Source: an uncultured Verrucomicrobiae bacterium (GTDB lineage Bacteria; Verrucomicrobiota; Verrucomicrobiia; Chthoniobacterales; Terrimicrobiaceae). From it: DNA of 64,000 bases. Below the pieces are notes generated by a model. It had not been told where the DNA came from. It saw only the letters and a list, made by a program, of their open reading frames with translations, and did not search any database. This document shows, in pieces, positions 20,096 through 30,129 of this stretch; the stretch's first letter is position 1, and each line of letters begins with the position of its first letter. A program made the translations under genes and the position numbers. The stretch covers positions 1 to 64,000 of the forward strand of contig CAVPOC010000013.1 of the NCBI GenBank assembly GCA_963706955.1, given 5' to 3'.

Positions 20096-20993
20096 CTTCG
20101 AGCGGCGCAGCCCTGCCAAACCAGATTTCGAAAGCCAAGGCGCCTTGATGTAGCAGCATGGAAAGGCCGTTCGTGGCCCGGGCTCCGGCGGCTTCTGCTT
20201 CCTCGATCAGGCGCGACTTCCCGGTGGCATAAACGGTGTCGTAAACCATGAGGTTCGCGGTGAGTAGTCCGGCGGGGATCAAAGGCGGATCGGTGCGCCT
20301 CATGCCGACCGAAGTCGCGTTGATGACGAGGTCGCTCTTGGAGAGTTGTTCGCGGAGGGCACGCTCTTCAAGGGGAACTGCCTCAAGGCGTTCGGCCGGG
20401 CCGACGAGCCGGTCGCTCCGAAAGTAGGAGGATAGTTCCTGCGCCAGGGCTTCGGCCTTTTCGAAGGTGCGGTTGACGAGCACGAGACGCTCGCAACTCT
20501 CGAACGCACACTGCACGGCAATGGCCCGGCCCGCGCCTCCTCCCGCCCCGAGGAGCAGCACGCGGAGGTCGCGCAAATCAACGTAGAATTCCTCGCGAAG
20601 AGCTCGGAGAAGCCCCGGACCATCCGTATTGAAACCGATCAATTTTTCCCCTTCCACCGCGATGGTATTCACTGCCCCGGCTTTGCGCGCATAGTCGTCA
20701 GCTTCGTCCACAATCGCGAGCGCTGCGGCCTTATGTGGGATGGTGAAGTTGGCGCCGATAAATCCTGCCGCCGGCAGGGCCTTCACCGCCGGAGCCAATT
20801 CCTCCAAGCGAGCGTGGATCTTGACGTACTGCATCTCGAGCCCGCTTGAACGCAGAGCGGCGTTCTGGAAGAGAGGCGATTTTGAATGGGCCACTGGATC
20901 GCCGAAGACCGACAGTCGCGCGGGCGGCGCCAGCGATTTGAACAAATCTCCTCCGGAGATGAGCTGACTGGCTTCATAAATGGTTTCGTTCAT
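20064..20993 (-). CDS. aroE: Shikimate dehydrogenase
   Basis: GDPVAHSKSP, NFTIPHK, GAVNT, NTDGPG, GLSMLLHQG. Confidence 0.95.
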   Translation of the reverse strand: MNETIYEASQLISGGDLFKSLAPPARLSVFGDPVAHSKSPLFQNAALRSSGLEMQYVKIHARLEELAPAVKALPAAGFIGANFTIPHKAAALAIVDEADDYARKAGAVNTIAVEGEKLIGFNTDGPGLLRALREEFYVDLRDLRVLLLGAGGGAGRAIAVQCAFESCERLVLVNRTFEKAEALAQELSSYFRSDRLVGPAERLEAVPLEERALREQLSKSDLVINATSVGMRRTDPPLIPAGLLTANLMVYDTVYATGKSRLIEEAEAAGARATNGLSMLLHQGALAFEIWFGRAAPLEVMRAALKSAH

Positions 20994-21037
20994 CGTGAGA
21001 AGAAATTGTCCGAATCCGCTACGTCGAGGATCTAAGA

Positions 21038-22384
21038 TCAGGCCGAGCCGGTCGGCTCGAACTTCTGCATGGTGAACTCGGCGGCGCGTCGGAAGCGCTC
21101 GAGAACGCGTTCCCGACCAAGAATCTCAAAGGTTTCGTAAAGACCGGGGCCAACCGATTTGCCGGTAACGGCGACACGGGCTGGATGAACCAATTCGCCG
21201 GCTTTGACACCGAGGGCAGCCGCGGTTTCTTTCAACTTTGCCTCAATGGAGGGGTGGTTCCATTCAGGAAGATTTTTGAGAGCCTCGCCGAGAGTTCGCA
21301 GGCGTTCAATCGCCGCGGGTTTTCGGAGTGCCTTCTCCAGAGAGCTCTCCTCGAAAGGATAATCCTCAGTGAAGAGGAAACTGATCCACTCCGGGACGTC
21401 GCTAAGATGCTTGACTTTCGGTTTGACGATGGCGAGCGCACGCAGCAGCGCCTCCCGCGACGGATAGGTGATGCCGGCCCGTTCCACAAAAGGAAGGGAA
21501 AGCTCACCAAACCGCTCCAAGCTCATTTGCAGGATATATTGGCCGTTCAGCCAAAAACATTTGTCCAGGTCGAAGATCGCATTCCGCCTGTTGATGGATT
21601 CGAGCTCGAAAAGCTCGAGGATTTCATTCAGAGCGAGCATCTCGCGGTTATCTTTCGGAGACCAACCGAGTAGACAGAGGTAATTGCACAGCGCTTCTGG
21701 CGCGTAACCCGCCTCGATAAAGTAAGCCACGCTCGATCCCCCGTCGCGTTTGCTAAGCTTTTTGCCTTCGTGATTCAGGATCAGAGGGATGTGAGCAAAT
21801 GCGGGAGGTTTGGCGCCAAGTGCATGATACAACTCGATGTGCTTGGGAGTATTCGAAAGGTGATCTTCGCCGCGGATCACATGCGTGATTTGCATCTCCA
21901 AATCATCCACCACGTTCACAAAGTGAAAGATCCATGAACCGTCGGGACGTCGGATGGTCATGTCCGGGTGCGTTCCCGGATTTGTCATGTCGAATTCGAT
22001 GCGACCGCAGACGATGTCATCGACAACCACGGTTTTCCGCGGCGAACGAAAACGAATCGATCCCTCATCGGTATAGACGTGCCCTTTGATTTCGAGCTGC
22101 GCAAGGTATCGTTGATAGACTTCCTCCCTCTGGCTCTGCAGGTAAGGGCCCACGGCCCCTCCCTTGTCGGGGCCTTCATCCCAATCCAATGCCAGCCACT
22201 TCAATCCTTCGTAAATGGCTTCTCTGGCCTGCGCGGTATTCCGCTTCTCGTCAGTGTCTTCAATCCGGAGAATAAATTTGCCTCCTCTCTTGCGTGCGAA
22301 AAGCCAGTTGAAAAGCGCCGTGCGGGCGCCTCCCACGTGGAGGTAGCCAGTGGGCGATGGAGCGAAGCGAGTGCGGACTGCCAT
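21038..22384 (-). CDS. gltX: Glutamate--tRNA ligase
   Basis: RFAPSPTGYLHVGG (HIGH), IRGEDHLSNT, KLSKR (KMSKS), anticodon-binding domain. Confidence 0.95.
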   Translation of the reverse strand: MAVRTRFAPSPTGYLHVGGARTALFNWLFARKRGGKFILRIEDTDEKRNTAQAREAIYEGLKWLALDWDEGPDKGGAVGPYLQSQREEVYQRYLAQLEIKGHVYTDEGSIRFRSPRKTVVVDDIVCGRIEFDMTNPGTHPDMTIRRPDGSWIFHFVNVVDDLEMQITHVIRGEDHLSNTPKHIELYHALGAKPPAFAHIPLILNHEGKKLSKRDGGSSVAYFIEAGYAPEALCNYLCLLGWSPKDNREMLALNEILELFELESINRRNAIFDLDKCFWLNGQYILQMSLERFGELSLPFVERAGITYPSREALLRALAIVKPKVKHLSDVPEWISFLFTEDYPFEESSLEKALRKPAAIERLRTLGEALKNLPEWNHPSIEAKLKETAAALGVKAGELVHPARVAVTGKSVGPGLYETFEILGRERVLERFRRAAEFTMQKFEPTGSA

Positions 22385-22389
22385 TTCTT

Positions 22390-22416
22390 AATCCTGTAAA
22401 TCCTGCGAATCCTGTC
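22390..22416. repeat. Three tandem 9-bp units (aatcctgta/aatcctgcg/aatcctgtc) in the gltX-yqeY divergent spacer
   Basis: Read directly from the sequence. Confidence 0.75.
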
Positions 22417-22430
22417 TATTGATTTTCTTG

Positions 22431-22883
22431 ATGACTCTCCAATCCCAAGTTGACAATGATATCAAAGACGCCATGCGCGCGAGGGAGACAGTGCGGCTGA
22501 ATGCATTGCGGCTGTTGAAATCGGCTATGAAGAATGCAGCCATCGAGAAGGGCGGCGCGGAGAGCACGCTGGACGATGCGGAAGCCAGCGCCGTCATTCG
22601 CAAGCAAATCAAGCAACGCCATGACGCCATTGAGGGGTTCGAGAAGGGTGACCGGCCTGAGCTCGCGGCCGCTGAGCGGGCCGAAATCGAGGTCCTCTCC
22701 GCCTATCTTCCCGCGGCGCTCTCAACCGACGAAGTTACCACCTTGGCAAGAGAGGCTATCACAGAAGCGGGCGCCACCTCGAAACAGCAAATGGGAGCGG
22801 TGATGAAGATCGCCACCGCCAAGGCGGCCGGACGCGTTGACGGAAAAACTCTGAGCCAAGCGGTGCAAAAACTCCTCCCTTGA
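22431..22883 (+). CDS. yqeY: GatB/YqeY domain protein
   Basis: IKDAMRARETVRLNALRLLKSA...YLPAALS...MGAVMK...AGRVDGK. Confidence 0.92.
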   Translation: MTLQSQVDNDIKDAMRARETVRLNALRLLKSAMKNAAIEKGGAESTLDDAEASAVIRKQIKQRHDAIEGFEKGDRPELAAAERAEIEVLSAYLPAALSTDEVTTLAREAITEAGATSKQQMGAVMKIATAKAAGRVDGKTLSQAVQKLLP

Positions 22884-23587
22884 ACGAGACACCTTCAGAT
22901 TTAGCCGCCATCGTCGTCGCGGCGGGCGCGAGCCGCCGGATGGGTTTCGACAAGATTTCAGCCCCGCTTGCCGGACGTCCACTCATTGCGCATAGTCTGG
23001 CCGCCTTTAACGATTGTGCGGATGTCGATCGTATCGTTCTGGTGTGCGCCGCCGATCGAGTGAAGGAGTTTCAATCGTTCCAGACGGAATTTCTCAAGCT
23101 TCGGAGCGTTGTTGCCGGGGGAAAGGAGCGTGTGGAGTCGGTGTTGGCAGGCATGTCCGCGTTCACTGATCCTCGACCGATCTTCGTCGCCGTCCATGAT
23201 GGGGCACGCCCATTGATCACCGCCGAGGTGGTTTCCGCCTGCTACCAAGCCGCGCGCGAGTTTGGAGCCTCAGTGAGCGCTGAGCCTGTCACCGATACTC
23301 TTCATCGCGTCAACAACCAATCGCTCACTATCGAGACGGTTTCGCGCAAAAATCTCTGGCGGATGCAAACTCCGCAAATCCTCGAGCTAGTCGCCCTGGA
23401 GTCCCTTCTTCAGGATGTGCACGAGGCGGGTGGAACTATAACGGACGAGATTTCCCTGCTGATCCGATCGGGGGGTAAGGCGAAGGTCGTGGAAAATTCT
23501 GACTGGAACATCAAGGTTACCTATCCACGCGATCTCGAGCTCGCCGAACTGATTCTCCAGAGCCGCGGAGGGGCGCCTGCGAAATGA
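22880..23587 (+). CDS. ispD: 2-C-methyl-D-erythritol 4-phosphate cytidylyltransferase
   Basis: AAGASRRMG, GGKERVESV, VHDGARP, QTPQ, NIKVTYPRDL. Confidence 0.93.
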   Translation: MNETPSDLAAIVVAAGASRRMGFDKISAPLAGRPLIAHSLAAFNDCADVDRIVLVCAADRVKEFQSFQTEFLKLRSVVAGGKERVESVLAGMSAFTDPRPIFVAVHDGARPLITAEVVSACYQAAREFGASVSAEPVTDTLHRVNNQSLTIETVSRKNLWRMQTPQILELVALESLLQDVHEAGGTITDEISLLIRSGGKAKVVENSDWNIKVTYPRDLELAELILQSRGGAPAK

Positions 23588-24870
23588 CGAAGACCTCTGG
23601 GCTGACTAAGAGCTGCCTAACGAGCCTGCCGAATGGTCTCCGAATAGCCACTTGCGAAGTGCCCCACGCGGAAACGGCGGCCCTTGGGATTTGGGCCGGC
23701 GTCGGAGGCCGCCACGAATCGGCAAAGCTCAGCGGTATATCGCACTTTATTGAGCATATGCTCTTTAAAGGCACTGCACGGCGATCCGCTCGGCGGATTA
23801 TGCAAGAAGTCGAAGGGGTAGGAGGGGACATGAACGCTTACACGGCCGAGGAGCGCACCTGCTATTACGCGGTCGCGGCCGCCGAGTTCTTCTCGCGACT
23901 CTGTGACGTGCTTTGCGATCTTTATATGAATCCAAAGTTGGCTCCCCCCGACATTGAGCGGGAGCGCGGAGTCATCTGTGAGGAAATCCTCATGTACCGT
24001 GACGAGCCTTCTTCCCACGTCCAAGAGCTCCTCAACCGCTACTTCTGGCCCGACCATCCGCTCGGTCGTCCACTTACCGGAACGCCGGACACTGTCGAGA
24101 GCATGCAGCGCGACGATTTTCTCGCCTATCGAGCGACCCATTATCATGCGGGGAGCACAGTGATTTCCGCCGCAGGAAAACTACGCCATGAGGACGTTGT
24201 TGAGATGGCGGCGAGCTTACTCGAACGGATCCCTTCTCGAAAGCCCATCCGTTATGAAAAGGCGCCGGATCATTCCTTCAAGCCGCAAATTGCCTCCGAA
24301 AGGCGGGACGTCCAACAGACCCAGCTCGCGCTTGGTTTTCCCGGGCCCAGTCACCACGATCCGCGGCGCTACGCAATGCAGATCCTGCACATCATCTTGG
24401 GTGGCAATGCCAGCTCGAGGTTGTTCCAGGAGCTCCGAGAAAAGAGAGGTCTCTGCTACTCAGTCAGCACCCATCCCTCGAGCTTTAACGATACGGGCAT
24501 GCTCAATCTCTCGCTTGGTCTGGAACAGCGTAACGTGGACAAGTCTCTTCGCTTGATTCTCTCCACCTTTGAGGATCTGAAGAAGCGGCCGCCTCGCCCT
24601 GCTGAACTCAAACGCGCAAAGGAGTATGCCGTCGGGACCAGTCGAATGTCGCTCGAGCGCACCTCCGCGCAGAATATGCGCTTGGGAGGTTCGGTGCTGG
24701 TCTACGGGAGGATCATTGATCCCGAAGAGGTCCATTCTCGATTGCGAGCGGTCACCGAGGATCAGGTGCAGTCGGCCGCCAGCGACTTTCTAAATCCGCG
24801 TCGTGCAACCGCGGCAATCGTGGGGCCCGCCCCCGACGAAGCGGCCATCGCCGAGATGCTGCAAGCTTGA
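23584..24870 (+). CDS. M16-family (pitrilysin) zinc peptidase
   Basis: HFIEH (HxxEH), NAYT, SSRLFQELREKRGLCY. Confidence 0.93.
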   Translation: MTKTSGLTKSCLTSLPNGLRIATCEVPHAETAALGIWAGVGGRHESAKLSGISHFIEHMLFKGTARRSARRIMQEVEGVGGDMNAYTAEERTCYYAVAAAEFFSRLCDVLCDLYMNPKLAPPDIERERGVICEEILMYRDEPSSHVQELLNRYFWPDHPLGRPLTGTPDTVESMQRDDFLAYRATHYHAGSTVISAAGKLRHEDVVEMAASLLERIPSRKPIRYEKAPDHSFKPQIASERRDVQQTQLALGFPGPSHHDPRRYAMQILHIILGGNASSRLFQELREKRGLCYSVSTHPSSFNDTGMLNLSLGLEQRNVDKSLRLILSTFEDLKKRPPRPAELKRAKEYAVGTSRMSLERTSAQNMRLGGSVLVYGRIIDPEEVHSRLRAVTEDQVQSAASDFLNPRRATAAIVGPAPDEAAIAEMLQA

Positions 24871-25523
24871 GCACAATCGGCGCAATATTCGATTGGGACG
24901 GAGTCGTGATCGACTCTTCCGCCCATCATGAGAAATCCTGGGAACTCCTCGCCTCCGAGACCGGTAGGACGCTCCCGGTCGGTCATTTTAAGAGAGGCTT
25001 CGGAAAGAAGAATCAGTTGATCATTCCCGAAATCCTCGCCTGGAGTGACAATCCCGAGGAGATTGAGCGGCTCGGTAATCGCAAGGAGGAACTCTACCGT
25101 CAGTTAGTCGGAGAGGGCGGGATGACCGTCCTGCCGGGCTCGCGAGAATTGCTGACTGCCTTAAAGGAGGCCGGAATTCCTTGCGCTGTGGGATCATCGA
25201 CATCGCGCACCAACCTTGACGCGATCTTCGCCTCCACGGGGCTTGGAGAATTCTTTGACGTGGTCGTTTCTGCGGAAGACGTCATCAATGGCAAGCCGGC
25301 GCCGGATGTCTTTCTGAAGGCGGCTCAGCTTCTCGGTGTCTCGCCAGAGCGGTGCGTCGTTTTTGAAGATGCGCTTTTCGGAATCGAGGCGGCGCGGCGC
25401 GCGGGCATGAAGGTGGTCGCAGTGGCGACAACGAATCCACTCGAACTCCTCAGCCATGCCGATCGGGCGGTTCAATCCCTCGCTGACATCAGCATCAAAG
25501 AGCTGCAGAGTCTCTTTGCCTAA
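24867..25523 (+). CDS. HAD-superfamily phosphatase (beta-PGM-like)
   Basis: FDWDGVVIDS, GKPAPDVF, VFEDALFGIEAA. Confidence 0.9.
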   Translation: MSTIGAIFDWDGVVIDSSAHHEKSWELLASETGRTLPVGHFKRGFGKKNQLIIPEILAWSDNPEEIERLGNRKEELYRQLVGEGGMTVLPGSRELLTALKEAGIPCAVGSSTSRTNLDAIFASTGLGEFFDVVVSAEDVINGKPAPDVFLKAAQLLGVSPERCVVFEDALFGIEAARRAGMKVVAVATTNPLELLSHADRAVQSLADISIKELQSLFA

Positions 25524-25606
25524 CGTGCTCAGCAAACTTTTAGCTGCTACGATGATTTCGCGGCACCCGACAAGTCGGGACTTTACCAGGCGCGTGGTAG
25601 TCCGAA

Positions 25607-25984
25607 TTATTCGCTGTTCGTATCGGCGTTCTTGAAAGCTTCCTCCACGCTTCGCGCGGTCTCTTTCAAGGCCTCTCCAAAGCCCTGAATGGCATTCCGG
25701 GTGTCCTGGACTGCCTTGGAAATTTTCGCCGCCTGGTATTCGCTTCGAAGCGAAACGAGCTGGTTCCATAACTCGTCTGCACTCGGATCGCCGCGTTGTT
25801 GCAGTTCGGCGATCTGGCGTTCCAATTTTGCGAGATCCTGGTCGATTTTGACACGCGTTTTCTCGTTAGGCGCGGTCTTGAATTCGAGGATTTCTTTGCG
25901 AAGGGAGTCGACGGTTCTTTGGGGGCTGTCACATCCGACGAGCAGCATCGCGCTCAGAAGAACAGCGATTGACAGGCGCTTCAT
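25607..25984 (-). CDS. Hypothetical lipoprotein (coiled-coil)
   Basis: Signal peptide with lipobox LLVGC; helical body. Confidence 0.7.
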   Translation of the reverse strand: MKRLSIAVLLSAMLLVGCDSPQRTVDSLRKEILEFKTAPNEKTRVKIDQDLAKLERQIAELQQRGDPSADELWNQLVSLRSEYQAAKISKAVQDTRNAIQGFGEALKETARSVEEAFKNADTNSE

Positions 25985-26074
25985 GAGCGGAAGACTTTGG
26001 TCAGAAACATTTTCCGGATCCTCTCCAGTGCGAGGTTGAGCTTAAGACAATTAGCGAACTAAATTCGCAGTTCG

Positions 26075-26533
26075 ATGGCAACCCGAAATCTATTGCTCGA
26101 CCAACTCTTCTCGGATGAAGGGGTCGTGTGCCAGACACCGGAAGAGATGATGGCGCTCGGCCGGGAAATGTCCGTTCTGATCCAGAAGGGCACTGTCATC
26201 AGTCTGGAAGGTCCGCTCGGGGCTGGGAAAACCCAACTCAGCAAGGGCGTGGCGGCCGCGCTCGGATGCAGCGATGAGGCGTCCAGTCCCAGCTTCACTC
26301 TCGTGCACGAATACGCGGGCGGACGCCTTCCTTTGCATCACTTCGATTTTTATCGCCTCAAGAATTTGCAAGAATTACTCGGCATCGGCTACGACGATTC
26401 ACTTGGCAACGGAGCGATCCTGATCGAGTGGGGAGATAAATTCCCCGAAGCCCTGCCCGCCGGTGCCGTGCGGGTTCGTATCGAGATTTTAGCCGAGGGC
26501 GGACGTCGCGTCCGTGCGGTGCACCAATCGTGA
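26075..26533 (+). CDS. tsaE: tRNA t6A biosynthesis ATPase
   Basis: GPLGAGKT, SSPSFTLVHEY, HFDFYRL, IEWG. Confidence 0.95.
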   Translation: MATRNLLLDQLFSDEGVVCQTPEEMMALGREMSVLIQKGTVISLEGPLGAGKTQLSKGVAAALGCSDEASSPSFTLVHEYAGGRLPLHHFDFYRLKNLQELLGIGYDDSLGNGAILIEWGDKFPEALPAGAVRVRIEILAEGGRRVRAVHQS

Positions 26534-27126
26534 TTCTCTCACTCGACGCCTCTACTCAACGGGGATCGGCGGCATTGCTAGACGGTCGGCAAGTCGCTCG
26601 AGAACTTTTTCCCGAAACTCCCCGCGGACGCGGGGGAGCGCTCTTTAGCGCTCTCGAGGAGCTTCTTCGCGATGCGCAGGCAATCCGGCGTGTGGTTGTC
26701 GGAATTGGACCCGGCAGCTACAATGGAGTTCGCTCAGCGATTGCCGCAGCATGGGGCATCGCGATCGCAAGGGAAATTCCCCTGGTGGGAATTTCCTCGG
26801 TTCTCGGCCTCGATGATGGCGACTATTTCGCCGTCGGAGACGCGCGACGCCAACAGTATTTCCTAGCTCAAGTCCGGCGCGGGACTTTTATCACCGAGCC
26901 CAAACTACTCGCCCGAGATGAAGTCGAAGCGGAGCTGCGCAAAGCACCGCGTCTGCCGATTTTCGCTTCTGCGCCGATCGAGTTCCTCCCCGACTTAGTC
27001 ATTCGAACACCTAGCGCCGGCAAACTAGGAGCGTTGGCTGCCGACTGGGTACCCAACGATCCACAGCCCCTCTATCTCAAGGCAGCACACATCACCACGC
27101 CCAAGCGTGTGGACCAACGACTCTGA
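26530..27126 (+). CDS. tsaB: tRNA t6A biosynthesis protein
   Basis: ILSLDAST, VGIGPGSYNGVR, DARR, PLYLK; adjacent to tsaE. Confidence 0.92.
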   Translation: MILSLDASTQRGSAALLDGRQVARELFPETPRGRGGALFSALEELLRDAQAIRRVVVGIGPGSYNGVRSAIAAAWGIAIAREIPLVGISSVLGLDDGDYFAVGDARRQQYFLAQVRRGTFITEPKLLARDEVEAELRKAPRLPIFASAPIEFLPDLVIRTPSAGKLGALAADWVPNDPQPLYLKAAHITTPKRVDQRL

Positions 27127-27162
27127 CGTCGAAGATGAGCGCTCCTGCGAGCGCAGCAGATG

Positions 27163-27474
27163 CTACTTCCCTATCGCCGCAAGCTCCGCAGGTGGGGTCA
27201 GCGCCTTGGAAAGCGACGCCAAGCCGCGATACTTTTTGCCGCTCTTTTTGACCATTCCGCGAGAGACCAGATTCTGAAGTTTTTCATAAGCACGCAGGCG
27301 AAGCATCTCTTCGCCCCCACTAGCCGCGTTGCGGGCCCGCAGGCGTTCGTGCACGACGTCGAACAGTTGCTTGAATTCAAACGAAGATCCTTTCTTCGAC
27401 AGGGCAGCAACCAGCTCTTCAGTCACCAGATCAGGAAGACGACGAGAGAACGCACTTTTTCTTTGCATAAGCAT
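27163..27474 (-). CDS. Small basic hypothetical protein (putative winged-helix DNA-binding), paralog of 35025..35399
   Basis: Shares PDxVTEELV...FEFKxLFxVVHxxLRARNAxSGGEEMLRLRAYEKLQxLVxxGxVKKxGKxYxG with the 35 kb ORF. Confidence 0.8.
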   Translation of the reverse strand: MLMQRKSAFSRRLPDLVTEELVAALSKKGSSFEFKQLFDVVHERLRARNAASGGEEMLRLRAYEKLQNLVSRGMVKKSGKKYRGLASLSKALTPPAELAAIGK

Positions 27475-27627
27475 GAGCGTTCAGCATACCACACCTTGGG
27501 AGAGATGTCATGCGAATTTTTTCCAATCGATTCTCCGGCTTGGCTTTGAGGCTCGTGGGCAAGACGGCTGATTGGAGGCGAGAGATGGCTTCGCGGCGTT
27601 TGGCTGGCGGGGTTTCTCGATGATGAT

Positions 27628-28164
27628 TTAAGCCGCGAGTCGACTCGCAAAGCGCACCAGTTCGCTAGCCACTTCGTCGATTCGTTCGGCTACTTTGCCG
27701 TCGGAAACTGCGCCGTCGCGAAACGCCGATCCGACTGCATAGACAAAGCGGGGAACGATCACACATCGGAAGTCTAGCATCAAGCTGTTGGCAATACTCA
27801 TCACCGACATGTAGCTCGAGTATCCCCCTGCGGCATTGAGGAAGCTGACCGCCTTGTCCTCCCAAGCGCTTCCGGTCAACTCGATGAGATTTTTGACCGC
27901 GGCATTCAAGTAGAAGTTGTAGACTGGCGCGGCGATCAGAATTCCCTTGGCCGCCTCGATGCGCGAGCGCGTCCTTGCAACTTCCGGATCGGAATACGCG
28001 GTATCGCCGTCACACATCGGCAGGTGAATTTGCTGCAGGTCGATGAAGTCCACGTCAGCGCCAAGTGCCTGCAGGGCTTTTTCAGCATGCTGCGCCATCT
28101 GGCGGCTGAGGCTTTCCGGATTCAAACTCCCGCTGACTAAAGCAATGCGAACGGCGTTCTCCAT
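27628..28164 (-). CDS. NADPH-dependent FMN reductase
   Basis: VSGSLNPESLS, AAPVYN, KNLIE; flavodoxin-like fold. Confidence 0.88.
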   Translation of the reverse strand: MENAVRIALVSGSLNPESLSRQMAQHAEKALQALGADVDFIDLQQIHLPMCDGDTAYSDPEVARTRSRIEAAKGILIAAPVYNFYLNAAVKNLIELTGSAWEDKAVSFLNAAGGYSSYMSVMSIANSLMLDFRCVIVPRFVYAVGSAFRDGAVSDGKVAERIDEVASELVRFASRLAA

Positions 28165-28300
28165 GAAAAGATAGTGGCAAATTTCGGGCCGGGCTTCTTA
28201 ACGAATTTTTCGGCTGCTCGCGTCGCACTTTTGCTCGGTCGTCGGACAAGTGTATTCTCCTGCTCTCACGAAGAAACCTGACCCGAACAGGTTCGGAATT

Positions 28301-28579
28301 TCACTTCGCACGCTTAACGGAGATTGTCCGAGGTATGAAGATAGGACGCTGAACAGTGGTTTGTGCCGCCGCCACACTCAGTTGAAATTGGCGTTGATTG
28401 AGCTGATTAATAATCTGGCTCATCGCCGCCTGATTGAGGTCCGCCGGAGCTCTCAATGGTCCCGGGGCTTGGACGGGCGCAACTGGCGTGATGGCCGGAG
28501 GCATGGTGACGAAAGCCGGCCCAGCCTGCATGGACCCGAGCGCCATGAGAAGACCGATTAACCCTGCCAACCGTTTCAC
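28301..28579 (-). CDS. Hypothetical secreted Pro/Gln-rich protein
   Basis: A GTG start gives MKRLAGLIGLLMALGSMQA, a signal-peptide-like N-terminus. Confidence 0.45.
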   Translation of the reverse strand: MKRLAGLIGLLMALGSMQAGPAFVTMPPAITPVAPVQAPGPLRAPADLNQAAMSQIINQLNQRQFQLSVAAAQTTVQRPIFIPRTISVKRAK

Positions 28580-28622
28580 ACGTAAAAGTAACCCCAGCGG
28601 GGTCCTTTGTAAACCGGAAGTC

Positions 28623-29966
28623 CTAGAGGGCGTAAGGGAAATAGTTGAGGACGGCGGCGGCGAGGCCGAGGAAGAGAAAAAAGCCAACCACATCGGTGAC
28701 GGTTGTCAGCATGATCGCGGAGGCAAGTGCAGGGTCGATTCGCAGAGCCTTCAACCCCAGAGGAATGACCACCCCAGCCACGCCAGCGGCGATCATGTTC
28801 ATAACCATCGCGGCAAAAGTGATCACGCCGAGGATGACGTTGTTTTTCCATAACCAAGAAACCGCGCCGACGATAATACCAATGGCGAGACCATTCAGAA
28901 GTCCAACAACAATTTCTTTCCCGAGGATGGCGCGGTGGTGCTTCTCGGGCAGTTCTCCGAGTGCGATTGAACGGACCATAATCGTCAGCGTTTGCGTGCC
29001 CGCATTTCCGCCTTGTCCAGCGATGATTGGCAGAAACACAGCGAGGACAGCATATTTGGCGATGGTACTCTCAAAAAGGGAGACCACCCATCCCGCGAAA
29101 AAAGCGGTGCCAAGATTAAAGAGGAGCCACGGTAGGCGATTGCGCACCGAATGCCTCCAGGGCGTCTCCGCGGACTCTTCGCCGGAAAGCCCGACCATCC
29201 GCTGCATGTCTTCCGTGGCCTCTTCTTCGACAATATCGAAGACATCATCGGCGGTGACGACGCCCCGTAGCCTTTGAAAATCGTCTACCACCGGCATGGC
29301 GCTGAATCCGTAGGCACGGAACAAACGCGCGATCTCCTCCTGGTCGGCGTGCACTGAAACTGACCGCACCTCGGGCACCATGATGTCGCGGATCTTGCGA
29401 TTGGGGGAGCTGAAAAGAAGATCACGCACGCGAAGAACGCCACGCAGCCGGTATTCTCCATCCACCACGTAGATATAGAAAATGCCATTGGGTAGAGTTT
29501 CCTCCTCCCGTCGTAGCATTTCGATGGCCTCCGCGATTGTGAGATCTTCCGAGACGGCGATGACCTCCGTCTGCATGATGCCCCCGGCGGTATCTTCGGG
29601 ATACTGCAGGAGATCGTTGATCTGCTTCGCCTCCGGCGCCGACAGGCCGCGCATGATTTCCCGTAGCTTCGCTGCCGGGATGTGCCCGAGGACATCCGCA
29701 GCGTCATCGCTGAACATTTCCGCGACGATGTCGCAGAGGCGCACGATGGGTATCGATTCAAACAGGCGCACCTGAATTTCCTTGGGCAATTCGGAGAGAA
29801 CTTGTGCGGCCTTCGCGTTCGGAAGAGCGCGCAGAACGTCTTCGATTTTGGCAAGCGGAATGTCACGCATCCCTTCGGCGATATCTCGGGGATGCCGGTT
29901 CCCAAAATCATCGCGACGCATGAGATCGTCGGAGGTCTCCTCCGGAACATGCGTCTCATCTCTCAT
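28623..29966 (-). CDS. mgtE: Magnesium transporter MgtE
   Basis: YPEDTAGGIM, CBS pair, GGNAGTQ, DPALAS...TTVTDVVG. Confidence 0.96.
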   Translation of the reverse strand: MRDETHVPEETSDDLMRRDDFGNRHPRDIAEGMRDIPLAKIEDVLRALPNAKAAQVLSELPKEIQVRLFESIPIVRLCDIVAEMFSDDAADVLGHIPAAKLREIMRGLSAPEAKQINDLLQYPEDTAGGIMQTEVIAVSEDLTIAEAIEMLRREEETLPNGIFYIYVVDGEYRLRGVLRVRDLLFSSPNRKIRDIMVPEVRSVSVHADQEEIARLFRAYGFSAMPVVDDFQRLRGVVTADDVFDIVEEEATEDMQRMVGLSGEESAETPWRHSVRNRLPWLLFNLGTAFFAGWVVSLFESTIAKYAVLAVFLPIIAGQGGNAGTQTLTIMVRSIALGELPEKHHRAILGKEIVVGLLNGLAIGIIVGAVSWLWKNNVILGVITFAAMVMNMIAAGVAGVVIPLGLKALRIDPALASAIMLTTVTDVVGFFLFLGLAAAVLNYFPYAL

Positions 29967-30129
29967 CCCCGCAAAATAGGAAAGTTTCGCAGAGAGACAA
30001 TGCAAACCCGGTCACTGGCCGACCCGGGCTGCGCCTTGATCAGGGCATTAAACGTGACCTGGGGATGGCTTGAGCGGTGCCCTGCCGGCTGAAATGACTC
30101 TGGCGCGACGAACTGAATTGCCGCGCCGC

